Below, piece after piece: positions 15,045 to 28,333 of a stretch of 64,000 bases of DNA (position 1 is the stretch's first letter; each line of letters begins with the position of its first letter). The stretch covers positions 41,726,001-41,790,000 of the forward strand of contig OX597838.1 of the NCBI GenBank assembly GCA_951406725.2, given 5' to 3'. This DNA is from Octopus vulgaris (Eukaryota). Below the pieces are notes generated by a model. That model did not search any database. It saw only the letters and a program-made list of their open reading frames with translations, and was not told where the DNA came from. A program made the translations under genes and the position numbers.

Positions 15045-16203
15045 CATGTTATGCGATCATGATCATCATTTAATGTGTGCCTTCCATGCATGCATGAGTA
15101 GTATGGTTGACAGGAGCTGGCCAAGTAGAAAACTAGCCTAGGCTACTGTGTCTGTTTTGACAAGGTTTTTACACCTGGATGCCCTTCCTAACACCAACCA
15201 GAGTGGACTCAGTGCTTTTTACATGGCACTAGCACATGTGAGGTTAGCTTTGGCAAGATTTTTACGGCTGGATACCCTTCCAAATGCCAACCACTTTACA
15301 GTGTGGGCTGGATGCTTTCTACATGACACCAGCACTGGTAGGGTCACCAAGTAACTTGCAAGACAAAGGAATAATGAGAGGGGCATTTGAGGATGGGAAC
15401 TCGTGTCAGAGGATGAAAGGTTAGAGGGTGACAAAGAGACAGAAACTGGTGTCTTGCTATAACGGAGGAGGAATTGAAGGAGGTGATCCAGTATCAGATG
15501 AAAGGTTAGAGTGTGACAGAGAAATAAGGAGGAAGAAATAAGGGTCTTGCTATAGAGGAGGTACATAGTTACCCAGTGAGAGAGTGACCAAGAATGAGGG
15601 CAGAAATAGGTGTGCTAATGTATATATATATATATAAAAAATTAGAAAAAAACCACCTTTTATCAATTCAAAATGAACAATTAAATTACACCATCTAGAA
15701 AATTACATATAATAGAAAAGTTAAAATTAAAATAACAATAAAATGTAAAGATTAAGTAAATTGCAAAAATAATAAAAACGTATTATTGTTATTTTAATTT
15801 CAACTTTTCTATTATATTATATGTAATTTTCTAGATGGTGTAATTTAATTGTTCATTTTGAATTGATAAAAGGTGGTTTTTTTCCAATTTTTTATATATA
15901 ATATTGTGTGAAATTTGATTTAGTATTTCTAAATTGAATTTTTTTCCTTGTTAGTTTGGATTTTATTCCCTCAAATAATATATATTTATATATATATATA
16001 TTGTTTTAGTCCATTTTCCCATGCTTGCCCTTTCTGATACAAGCCCTTATTTCCTTTTCCAAATTAAGGATAACATTTTACTGATTCCATCAATCTGAAA
16101 AATGTAAACAAACAAACATGTGCACGCATACATTCACACACTCACACCTACGCACATGTATACGTATGCATACTCATAGGTATATATAAATATATACACA
16201 CAC

Positions 16204-16236
<33 letters not shown>

Positions 16237-16249
16237 TGTCTATATATAA

Positions 16250-16284
<35 letters not shown>

Positions 16285-16309
16285 TATATATGTATATACG
16301 TGTGTGTGC

Positions 16310-16348
<39 letters not shown>

Positions 16349-16370
16349 CCTAAATGTATGTATATGTACA

Positions 16371-16410
<40 letters not shown>

Positions 16411-17361
16411 CTGTGAAGAAGTATATACTCTTTACTCTCTCTTTTACTTGTTTCAGTCATTTGACTGCGGCCATGCTGGAGCACCGCCTTCAGTCGAGCA
16501 AATCGACCCTGGGACTTATTCTTTCTAAGCCCAGTACTTATTCTATCGTTCTCTTTTTGTCGAACCGCTAAGTGACGGGGACATAAACACACCAGCATCG
16601 GTTGTCAAGCAATGCTAGGGGGACAAACACAGACACACAAACACACACACACATACATATATATATACGACAGGCTTCTTTCAGTTTCCGTCTACCAAAC
16701 CCACTCACAAGGCATTGGTCGGCCTGGGGCTATAGCAGAAGACACTTGCCCAAGGTGCCACACAGTGGGACTGAACCCGGAACCATGTGGTTGGTTAGCA
16801 AGCTACTTACCACACAGCCATGATGGAAATGTTTAGTTTTTCATGAAAACAACCACATGAGATTCTAATCAACACTTTCCACTTTTTTTCTGATATTTGT
16901 CAGCCACAACATGGACCCTTTGTTTCTTTAAACAAAAAAAAAAAACCTTCCAAATAAATAGTGAAATAATTTAGATGAAGTCACCATTTGTGAAATAATA
17001 TTTTAACATTTGTAAGATCAAAATAAAATCTCAAATAACTTTTTAAATATTTTTAAGATCAAAAGTTATAAAATAGTGAAATAATTTTAAAGAAATATAT
17101 TTTATACTGCATGATATTGGTGCACAAAAGTTGAAAAGATGTGATTGCTCAATTGGCTAGAAATAGCAACTAAAGTCTCCTTGAACAAACAGTAAAGGTT
17201 AAGTGACTACTGCCCCTCCCCACCCCTAGATTTATATGAAACACAGAAACTAATAAATTAATAACAGAGGAGTGTAAAGCATTTCTTTCATCTTCATAAA
17301 TGACTGATATGAATAATATTTGGGAGGAGTCATAATTGATAAGCCTTATAAACTCACTCAC

Positions 17362-17454
17362 CGCTTGTTGCTTGTTTATATTTCACTTCTTTTGTTTTTA
17401 CCATGGCACTGATCTTTTCTTCCATGGATAGCCATTGGGAATATTACAGATTGG
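17362..17454 (-). other. Candidate small exon
   Basis: tttttcattaAG acceptor and consensus GCG|GTGAGT donor; stops in all frames from the acceptor, but an internal ATG (17425) is open to the donor. Confidence 0.33.
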
Positions 17455-17685
17455 CTTAATGAAAAATATTTAGAGGACATAAACAAACACAAACTGACAT
17501 GGGGTAAAAAAAAAGTGAAATATAGACAAACAATAAGTGGTATGTTTAGAGGCTTTAATAATTATGACTCTTCTCAAGTACAAGATTGATTTCAACACAG
17601 AATTTCAGATGAAAATTCTTGCAAAACAAATTCGAAATATTAATATTTCTCCAGCAGAAAGATTGAAACAAATGATTACAATATT

Positions 17686-17892
17686 CTTTTCTACTCTAGG
17701 CACAAGGCCTGAAATTTTGGGGGAGTTGGGGGGGAGTCATTAGATCGACCATGCATGCAACTGGTACTTAATTTATCAACCCTGAAAGGATACATCAGCC
17801 TCAGTGGAATTTGAACTCAGAACATAAAGACAGATGAAATACTGTTAAGCATTTTACCTGGCATGCTAATGTTTCTGCCAGCTTGCTACCTG
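17686..17892 (-). mobile_element. SINE family A copy with 16-bp target-site duplication
   Basis: AAATGATTACAATATT (17670-17685) vs AAATGATGACAATATT (17893-17908). Confidence 0.85.
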
Positions 17893-18216
17893 AAATGATG
17901 ACAATATTGTAATTTATATAAAACTGAGAATGTGTGTGTGTGTGTGTATGTCTGTCTGTCTGTATGTGCACATCACTAAAACTTGAGAGCTACCCAACCG
18001 TTTTCATACAAATTTTACACATGCCTTACTTAGGGTCCATGCAGTGACATGGGCCAAAATAAATTTCAACTTCTTGCCTAATGCAAACCTAGAGCAATCT
18101 CTTATCTCTTCCACTGTTTCAGTATTACGTGTCAAAAGTGAAACAATAACAATCTCTATTGTAATGTGAGATACTTTCAGTTTAATACTGAAACTATTAT
18201 CTCACATTTATACATG

Positions 18217-18250
<34 letters not shown>

Positions 18251-18251
<1 letters not shown>

Positions 18252-18968
18252 TCTGCTGTTTACACTCGGACTTGGAAGGAAAGTATGTAGCGTGTGGTCA
18301 TTGCATTGACAGTGACAGAGAAAGTTTAGCAGAGAATCGGCATCAAACTGTGCCAAAAGCTTGATGATACCTGCTCAGAAGGCCTACACAAGGTTTTCAA
18401 ATAATTTTCATCCTTCTCAACACAATGGAGGAAATCTTGTGCAACTGAAACCCCGGGTGTCTTTTTTGGTCAGCTGAAAGTAGTTTTGGCACAAACTTGG
18501 CAGACACGTGTCTCATACCCAAATCTTCAGTGATAATGGACTGAACTGAACCGTAACTAATCTGCACACACATCTGTGACGTTTTTCTCAGTTTTGCTGG
18601 TTGTGAGTCTCCCAGAACATTCGTCAATATTGACATTTTTTCAGCCATCTTGGAAACATCTGAACCACTCGTACACTTGTGTGTGGCTCATGCATTCCTC
18701 TCCATACACTTTCTGCAACTTTGTGTCGGCCCCTGACCAGGTATCACAACGACCCCCACTTTCTCTGTCATAATCATTGTGATGCTCACATGGCTACACA
18801 CCTTCCTTCCAAGCACTGCTGTAAACGGCAGAAAGGAGCTAGAATGTTAAACTTAGTGCCCATGCACAGCAGAGTTTAAGGTCAATCTGTGCCAAGTGGC
18901 TTCACTCTGCGTGCTTTAGCTTCGTTACTATGGCAACAGTCCAGATACTTATTGATCAGACTTCATAT
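18251..18968 (-). mobile_element. Mariner relic: 5' half on minus (18397-18968) abutting an inverted 5' fragment on plus (18251-18396)
   Basis: LGMRHVSAKFVPKLLSADQK; TIR-like TATGAAGTCTGATCAATAAGTATCTGGACTG at ~18938-18968; 18251-18330 resembles the reverse complement of 18755-18835. Confidence 0.85.
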
Positions 18969-20619
18969 ATATATATTTCTTACAGTAGAAGAAATAGCAA
19001 AATTTTTTTGCTGCTATTTCTAAAAGTTCGGTATGTGGTAAAGCAAATTTTTTTTGCTGAACCCTAATTATATAAAGTAATATATATATATATATATATA
19101 TATATACCTAGTACTTATTCTATTGGTCCCTTTTGCTGAAGTGCTTAGTTATTGGGATGTAAACACACAAACACCTGTTTGTGGGTGGGGGAGGCAAATG
19201 CAGACACAAATATGCACCAGCTTCCCTATTGTCATTATTATTTTAATCTATCCTAGAGACGTGAATCAAATGAATCATTTGTATGTTGTAAACGACAGGC
19301 CATGCATGAATTCTTTTCTGGTTCATAACCTTTTGAGTTCAAATCTGGCCAGGGTCAATTTTGCCTTTCGACCCTCCAAGTACTGGCTTTGTTGGTACCA
19401 ACTGAAGCTTTCTCCTCAAAACTCCTGGCTTTGTACCAAAATTAGAAACCCTTATATTTAACTATCTTTTAAGTATTCGGCAAGATCTTCCATTTGCATT
19501 ATAGGCGCCTGGGAAAGGCAGCAAGCTGGCAGAACCGTTAGCACGCTAGATAAAATGCTTAGCAGCATTTCGCCCGTTACTACATTCTGAGTTCAAATTC
19601 CGCTGAGGTCAACTATGCCTTTCATCCTTTCGGGGTCGATAAAATAAGTACCAGTGATAACACTGGGGTTGATATAATCAACTAGTCCCCCACCCAACAA
19701 ATTTTCAGGCCTTGTGCCTCCAGTAGAAAGGATTATATGTGTTTGGGATATACGGGTGCAAGAATAATGATAAAAATAACAACACAGGAGTCAAAGTGAG
19801 AGTAAAGTGTAATTATTAATTTGATGCTGAGCGAAAGTAGAAGTTTGATGTTTCAAGGTTAAAGCATTTTTCAAAAATACAGAAGAAAATGTTGAATGAA
19901 GAAAATGGGAGAAGTGGGAATGAGTGGAGGTAGAATGAGCAGAAGGGATGGGGACAGAAAGAAAGAAAGGTTTCAAAGGCACAAAAGCAACAGGAGGGGG
20001 GGGGAACTGTGTATATATAGGCATATGTATGTTCATGCACTATAAAGTGTATATGAGCATGTGTGTTTCTATCAGTGTTGGTGTGTATATTGTGAATCTA
20101 GCATGTAGGGTCCAATACCTATTGATGTTTTGTTATGGTGTGTGTGTGTGTGTGTGTGCTAGTTGGTGTGAAGGGGTTAAGGTAGTGGTGGTTGTTTATC
20201 TATGTGTGTATACTCTTTTACTCTTTTACTTGTTTCAGTCATTTGACTGCGGCCATGCTGGAGCACCACCTTTAGTCGAGCAAATCGACTTATTCTTTGT
20301 AAGCCCAGTACTTATTCTATCGGTCTCTTTTTGCCGAACCGCTAAGTGACGGGGACGTAAACACACCAGCATCGGTTGTCAAGCGACGGTGGGGGGACAA
20401 ACACACACACAAACATATACACACACACATATATATATATACATATATACGACAGGCTTCTTTCAGTTTCAGTCTACCAAATCCACTCACAAGGCATTGG
20501 TCGGCCCGAGGCTATAGCAGAAGACACTTGCCCAAGATGCCATGCAGTGGGACTGAACCCGGAACCATGTGGTTGGTAAGCAAGCTACTTACCACACAGC
20601 CACTCCTGCGCCTATTTGT

Positions 20620-21093
20620 TCTTTGCGCTTGTTGCTGTGCCATTGTCTATGTTACAAAGGTTTAATCTGTATGTGTGTACCATTTAAGGGTGTGTGTCTG
20701 GGTAAATGTACACGAGAGAATGATACACTCACTTATAACTACAATGTTTGCAGTCTCTGGCCAGTTTTAGACATTTAGAAATTCACTTGTTGAGGTTTTG
20801 TGTGGTTGTTCATTTCTAGTCTATGGTTTGAGCTTAACCTCTTGTCTGTTGATTGGAAAGTTTGCTTTCTGTCTTGTTGAGAGCTTGTCACCTTATGATT
20901 CACTGGAAGGGAGCAAGTGGAAGACCCTTACCTAAAGTTTTTCATGGGATTTTTTGATAGAGACACACTTCTGAGTCCCTTTTATTTTTTTATTTTAAGC
21001 AGATTCTATGGCAAAATTTGCTAATCCCATTTTATGTTGTTTGCTTACTTTGTCTGCTTAACTCATTCAGGTTGTTTACTTGTTTGAGGAGAA

Positions 21094-21124
<31 letters not shown>

Positions 21125-22330
21125 GTGCGTGTGAGCATGTGTGTGTGTGAGTGCTTGTGTTCTTCAGTAAAGTATTTTATTGAGAAATTTGTTTTTTTGG
21201 TGAGGAATATTTTGTATTCCTTGGATGCTGATGATAGAATTCATAATTAAGAGGTTTTTGTTTTTTGTTTTTGTAGATGGTTTTGTTGATGTATTTTTAT
21301 TTTTATTTTATTTTCTGTGAGTATAGGTATGTTAGAATTTTCATTTGGTTGAGATTAAAAGACTTCAAGACTTTACAAACACAAACACATGTTCAGAGAT
21401 GTACCCAGATATGCATGAAGAAAACCACCTCTCTGTGAATACACCAAATTCCTTGGAATTCACAGAGAGGTGATTTTCTTCATGTATATCTGGGTACATC
21501 TCTGAACATGTGTTTGTGTTTGTGCTTGTATCCTTTTACTTAAAGCGTATAATTTGTGTGTATGTTTATGGAAATGTGTGTGGTATATAGTATGTTTCAT
21601 TTGGATGGACCGTGGTTTGACACTTGTGTATGTCAAGGACTTTTCTGTGGTGTTTTGTATAATTATGTTATTTCTGTATACAATAAAGGCATTTTCTGGA
21701 ATCATTTATATAAAATGGTTCATAGTTTTTATGTTTATTCTGTTTTCTTTTAACTTCCAGATATATTTAGAGAGAGACGTTGTATTTCTTCTCTTTATGT
21801 TCTGGAATGTATGTATTATATATATCTGTCTTTAAAGTACCTGTTGGTTGTGCCTGTGTAGATTTTTTTTCATTTCCTTTCTTTTCATGAAATATTGTTT
21901 GTTTGTAGATTATTTTAAAGCATCTCTGTAATGTCTGGTCCTTGGTATGTTATTGCTTAATCACTGTATGGCATGCTTTTTATATCTGTACAGCTGTAGC
22001 CAACTTCTGTATTGTTTTTATGGAATAGTTTGTGGTATTTATGTTCAGTTGGGAAGTGTTTGCTGGTTAGTGTGGGTTAGTGTAGTGGTAGTGTACCACA
22101 TTTGTTATGTCATTGAACCAATTGATGTTTCTTTTTTTGTACTTTCTTTGCTTATTTTTCATTTTGGGTGCTTGGGTTTTTTTGGTTTGTTATATTTTGC
22201 TTTCAAATTCACTGGAAGTTAGAGCTTTGATTTAGATTGGTGCTATTTCATTGCTTATTTCTTTGTTGGATGAAATATTGAAGATTTTCTGGCTTATGTT
22301 GTAAACTAAGTTTTTGGTTACCAGTGATAT
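20620..22330 (-). mobile_element. Decayed Penelope-like element(s) with GIY-YIG endonuclease remnants
   Basis: Minus strand ~21740-21865 reads KIYTGTTNRYFKDRY..TFQNIKRRNTTSLSKYIWKLKEN, matching the PLE YIG.T...FK.RY...T.LS..IW.LK pattern. Confidence 0.7.
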
Positions 22331-23784
22331 GAGTTTACAATATATATATTTATATTTATATAAACGGCATTTTGTTGATTTTTCTGTCCCAGAAGCATTT
22401 TCTATTGTTTAAAATTTTCTACGTGTTAAAGTTGAACGCTTAAAGGCATTTACTAGCATTTTCCTAAATTTATCTCCATCCATACTTTAGGAAATGGCTA
22501 CATCATCACCCTTAAATGGATCTATGCTGGATTTCTTGGATACTTTCATTCAAAGATTTGCAGCCCTACTGTTTCGCATGTCTCAGCACTGTTATAGATC
22601 CCATACTGATCCCAAAGAATTCATCATCTTCTGTTTTTGCATTCAAGATGAGTTGTCACTGGATGCAAAGAACTTATTTACGTGCATAATTATCTTTATT
22701 GCTTGCTGATTGTAATGAATTTCTTTGACACCAAGAATAACAACCAATAGGTACCAAAAAAAACCCAATCAACTGACACATAGCAATCAACAACCACACT
22801 AATTGTAACAGCTCTTAACTGAAGATCACAATCACATGAAACTCAAATTACGAAATATGTATGTATGTGTGTGTGTGTATGTCTGTATGTATGTACGTCT
22901 GTACATATGTATGTATATGATGAGCATTCATGTTCATTATATATAATGTCCATCTTTCCATGCTGGTATGAATTGGATGGGGCCATTTTACATGCTCTTC
23001 CTGCTACCAATCCATACCTGTTTTCATTTCATTGGTTTTTGAAAGTCCCGAATGACTGACCCAAATGCCAACAAACAATGTAAGCATCTTGTCATCCTTC
23101 CAATCAGACTGCGACAAACACCAGCTGTGAATAGCAACATTTATGGACATATAAGCACATCTACACACACACACATATTTGTGTATATATGTGCATATAC
23201 ACAGCAAGTTTCCAATCAAGTTCAGTCCATCAATTCCACTCACAGGGCATTGATTAGCCTGAAACTTTAGTAGAAAACACCTTCACCATGTGCTGTGGGG
23301 TAGAAATGAACCTGAAGCCACATACTTCTGAAGCAAATTTCTTAACCACAGAGTCATGCTTGTGTCTAGAAATGCATTAATCTGCATGGATACACACACA
23401 CACACACGCGCGCACACACACCCACATGCACACACACACACACACGTATATAATACAAAAAAATCATATATGTAAGCATGTATAGATAATCAACACATAC
23501 TTTTCAGTTCACAATCTCAGTTCATCTAAAAATAATATATTTCTCATTCAAAAAGTGATCATTAAGAAATTCATAATTAATTAAATTAATTAGAACAATG
23601 ACAACACTATGTGAATGAAACAAAACGCATTTGTATAATTACATTTAATATACATATGAATGCATGTGTATATATAATATGAATGTATATATGAATATAT
23701 AAGATGAATGTCTGTAAAATAATGAATGTATGATTATATGCATATATGTATATATGATGATGATATAATATGAATGCATGTATG

Positions 23785-23828
<44 letters not shown>

Positions 23829-24205
23829 AATAAGCGAGAGAGCTGTTCCATTAGATGTATTTGAAACAGGACTATGTACTAATGCTACTTTTTTTTTTTA
23901 TTTGACATTTTTCAAATAACTAATGATGTAAAATCTAAAAATGATCAAATTTCAAATATCAATGATAATATATACAAACAAATTGAGATGATCAAGTGTG
24001 TGGAAATCACATTTGCCTATCATAGAAGAAGTCAGTGACAGACATTAATAAGATTCCACGTCCTGATGATGTGTGTGTGGAAGTCTAGAAATGAAGCTGG
24101 AAGGGACTCATATGAAAATAGGAAAAAATCCAAATAAAAAAGTCATAAATGGGACATTGTCATGTATTCTATACACACACACATATACATCTTTATAAAT
24201 TAGTG

Positions 24206-24290
<85 letters not shown>

Positions 24291-25030
24291 TTGTGTGTGT
24301 GTGTGTGTGTGAATGAGTGTGCATATATGTGTGTTATTGGAAAGTGGATTTCAGTTCAGAGTGCAATGGTTTGGAGTAAATATCCACACACATCCTGTCT
24401 GCCTGTCTGCCTGTCTGCTGCTCTAACAACTCTTAAATACAATCCCAGTGCGAGTCCCTGCAGCTGTTGCATTGTGGGTTTTTCTGATGAACCAAAGCTG
24501 GGAATACCAAGAGAGTGTTTATGTCTGCTCATGACTCTGTAAGCAAAAGCATGGTACATGCCACCCACCCACCCACCCATACTTGCCAGCTGAAGTGTTT
24601 TTGCAAAATAACATACAGAAAGAAACAGCCCTGTGTACAATAATAGACATTACAGACACCAGTTTGTGGCAGAACCTCATTTGAAAAGAGGAAGCAATGG
24701 GCGCTCTTTTGTATAACACAGTTGCCCAGCAAGCAACAGATACAGAGTTCAATTTCTGCTAGATCCCATCTTGCTTTGCCTGCCTCTAACTAATATCTAT
24801 AATGTTTCATATCTTTACATGAAAATCTTACCAGTTAGTTAACTCAGTCTCATTTTTGTTTGATATATATATATATATACTTTTTTTATTTGAGAGTTAA
24901 CAAGGCTACCAATGGTTTCATGTGAAGGGATCTTCACAATTTTTCAAGTGTGCCACATGGAAGTGTTGGTACTCATCTCCAGTTTGAACAATGGTGTTTA
25001 GCACTCATTCTCAGTGTTCGATATTAATGT

Positions 25031-25065
<35 letters not shown>

Positions 25066-25493
25066 CACAAATATGCATACATATATGATTTGGAAATTCC
25101 TTGTGGTCAAACAAGACACCCACCTGCTGGCAGATGTCTGTACCTGATGAGTTTCACATGGACTAAGTTGTACACCAGCCATTCTATACATTCCATAATT
25201 TGAAGTACAGACCCAATGACATGATAATCAGAGAACTTTGGTAGATTCCACTCTTTTTCTTATCTGGAATATTCCAAAATGATTTGGTACTCCCCGATAG
25301 CTTTGCAAACTGAAGCAATGTAGAAATGAAGGGTTTTGCTTAAAAACAGATTTGAAATCACAGTCCATGAGCAGCAATTCCAATATCTTAACCACTTGAC
25401 TGCCTCACATCAACACACACAATTTACACACCCACACATTATTACATACATATACACACACATATGCCGATAAGACATGTAAAAGCACAGAGC

Positions 25494-25831
25494 TTAACAA
25501 AATTCTGTCCAGATTTCGTTGTATTTGTAATCCACTTCTGGGCAAGGTGTGATTTGTCCTCCATTAAGTCTGCACTCAGAGAAAAATCGCAAAAGGAGAA
25601 GGGTAGAGTTTTCAAATGATATGATTGGTTGCAGGAATGAAGTGATGTCAAACAAGAGGTAAAACTGTGTGAGGCGTATAATCCATGTCCTGTCTTCGTT
25701 TACAGACAGAGATATCCACATGTTTGTGGCATTCAAGTTCACAGATATATTCGTAGCAACATATGCTAGATGGAGGACAGAGCTCTTGGCTGGAAGCTGC
25801 ATTGACGTGTTGAAGCTGGATGGTGTATTTT
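25494..25831 (-). CDS. Coding exon 3 (probably last) of the same gene (E-NTPSSFNTS...YNEIWTEFC*)
   Basis: Acceptor tcttttttatAG|AA, phase 1 (G+AA=Glu) in frame with exon 2; 111 sense codons of non-repetitive, globular-looking sequence with 4 sequons, ending TAA at 25494. A weak GTTAAG donor overlaps the last codons, so further exons cannot be excluded. Confidence 0.72.
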
Positions 25832-26119
25832 CTATAAAAAAGATATTCAAAAATAAATAAAGTGCCAAAAAATGTAAATAAATAAAACAATATCTTTGTA
25901 GTATGTGGAAGTGAAGCAATTCACGTGCACAGAGGTTAGCAGAGGGTACAAAAGTCTGATACTAATAACTAATAAATAATAATGAGTAAATGATTAACAA
26001 ATAGAATGTTTAGTAATTAAAAAAATTGGCTGACATATATACATAGCAAGTTGAGTCAAAAGATTTTCAGATTTTCACTGATGGCTTTTGGCCAGTTGCA
26101 TGCTTCAAGTTGTATCATT

Positions 26120-26386
26120 AATGTGTCATCTCTTGTGAAAGGTAGGAGAGTCCAGTTTGCTGGACATTGTTGTAGAGCTGAAAATGAAGTAATTTCTACT
26201 CTTCTCCTCTGGAAGCCATCTACTCGCAATACCAGAGGGCGCACACTCTCCTACCCTGATGTAATCTCCAGGGATACAGGCATCCAGCAACAGGACCTCC
26301 GTAATGCCATGATGGACCGTGAAGTCTGGCGTAGCATGGTAAATTCCATTGTCTCGACTACGGTCAAACAATGATGAATGATGATG
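26120..26386 (+). mobile_element. 3' end of a different RTE-like LINE family
   Basis: RRVQFAGHCCRAENEVISTLLLWKP...AMMDREVWRSMV followed by (ATG)n tail. Confidence 0.8.
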
Positions 26387-26419
26387 TATCATTAATTCAG
26401 TACAACTTGTTCAATTATT

Positions 26420-27290
26420 CTTTATTTTCAACAATAACATATAAACATTAACTGATCATTCTATATTTTACAGCTTTGATAATGGGATCTTCTGTTGTGG
26501 AAGATGAGGCCTTGCTTGAAATGGTTGAACAACAGCCAAGTACATACATTGTTAGCAGAAGTTGATCCGTCTGAGCAGCATCAATCAGCGCTTCCATAAG
26601 CTTGGCCTTGTGAACTGACACTGCGAAAGAGCTTCTCATGAACTGACCAACGACAAAGCTCAACGTTGTGTGAAGATTTGCAAGTAAATGCTGGCAAATC
26701 CTTGAGGTGCCCATTTTTGACTTCAAATTCTAATTGGGGATGAAAAATCAGTGGCTTCATTCTGGCCAGGTTTCAGACCCTGTTGTCAAACAAGGGCAGT
26801 TTGAATAGAAGGTCATGCTGGGAATGCTAACCTTTATGTTCAACAGCTGCAGTGAGTATGTGATGCTTTAAAGCCCATTACCTAACATTGGTCAATCGAA
26901 GACACACACTCCTACAGCATGACAATGCCCCAACACATATGACCAATGTGACCAAGTGCAAACTGGAGGAACTCTAGGGGCTGCTTCACCCAGCCAACAG
27001 TCCATACCTTGAACCATCAGATTATCACCTTTCCTGAGGCATGGCTCTTTTCCTGCACAGACAAATATGGATGATGTTGAAAACAGGTGCAGAGAGTATT
27101 TTGTCTGTAAGCCATGGAAATGGTATAAACATGGAGTTGAATTTCTGGCACAACAATGGCTACAAACAACAGAATACATTTTCGTTCCAGCACACGATCT
27201 CAGATCAAATCACTTGCTATGCGAGTACATCTCCATTGAGATATATTTTGATGAATAAACACTTTTGGTATGTTTGACCTCTTAAAGCTT
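26420..27290 (+). mobile_element. Decayed mariner transposase
   Basis: ILIGDEKS, LLQHDNA (~26910-26930), SPYLEPSDYHL (YSPDLAPSDYHL-like, ~27000-27030), frameshifted. Confidence 0.85.
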
Positions 27291-27677
27291 GAAATACAAA
27301 AAATGCTTGACTCAACCTGGTACACATGACTCTAGCAAAATATCAAAATTACTTTTCTTTGAATTAAACGTCATGTCACACCTCAATCCATTTTAATATC
27401 ATTCACACAATCTCAGTATTCTGCTAATAAATTATAAGAAAATCTGTTTCCTTCCTTTACACTCCATTCTGTACAAATGACTTGTTGCAGGCAAAGATGT
27501 GTGGTTAAGAAATCTGCTTCCCAACCACTTGATTTTAGGTTCAGTCCCACTGTACAGCCCAAGGTCAACCAAAGCCTTGTGTCCTTGTCTGTAGATTTGG
27601 TGGACAGAAGTTGGAAGCCTATAATTTATCCATTCCTCCATCTATTTATCTGTCTGTTTGTCTGTCTGTCTGTCTGT

Positions 27678-27822
<145 letters not shown>

Positions 27823-27831
27823 GATATATCA

Positions 27832-27938
<107 letters not shown>

Positions 27939-28085
27939 TATACATATAATATTTTAAATTTGTCTATGGGAAACGTTTTGAATATGCCACCAAAGTGCCA
28001 ATTCCATTGTGTCAGCCACCATCTAATGAAGCTGACTGGGGAGTCAGTTTTTCAGGGTTGCATCAAACTGTGCTGATATAAAGTA

Positions 28086-28333
28086 AAATAATAAATGCGC
28101 CCTTTTGAAGCCTAGCCAGGCTCATGGGCCTGGTTTGCCGGTTTCTATGGCGTATGTGTTCCCTGGCTGGATGGGACACCAGTCCATCGCAGCGTTACTC
28201 ATTTTTGCCAGCTGGAGCAACGTGAAATGAAGTGTTTTGCTCAAGAGCACAATGCGTCGCCCGGTCCAGGAATCGAAACCACAATCTTACAATCATGGTG
28301 CTGACACCCTAACCACTAAGCCATGCACCTCCA
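28086..28333 (-). mobile_element. tRNA-derived SINE family C with perfect 15-bp TSD (second copy ~35230-35465)
   Basis: TGCTGATATAAAGTA at 28071-28085 and 28334-28348; A box TGGCTTAGTGG and B box GTTTCGATTCC on minus. Confidence 0.92.

Noticed and set aside
24584-24790. Cys-rich frame (VYYCTQGC) as a TGF-beta mature-domain exon
   Set aside because: No pyrimidine-rich acceptor, spacing is CxxGC rather than CxGxC, and no CC or CxC segment follows.
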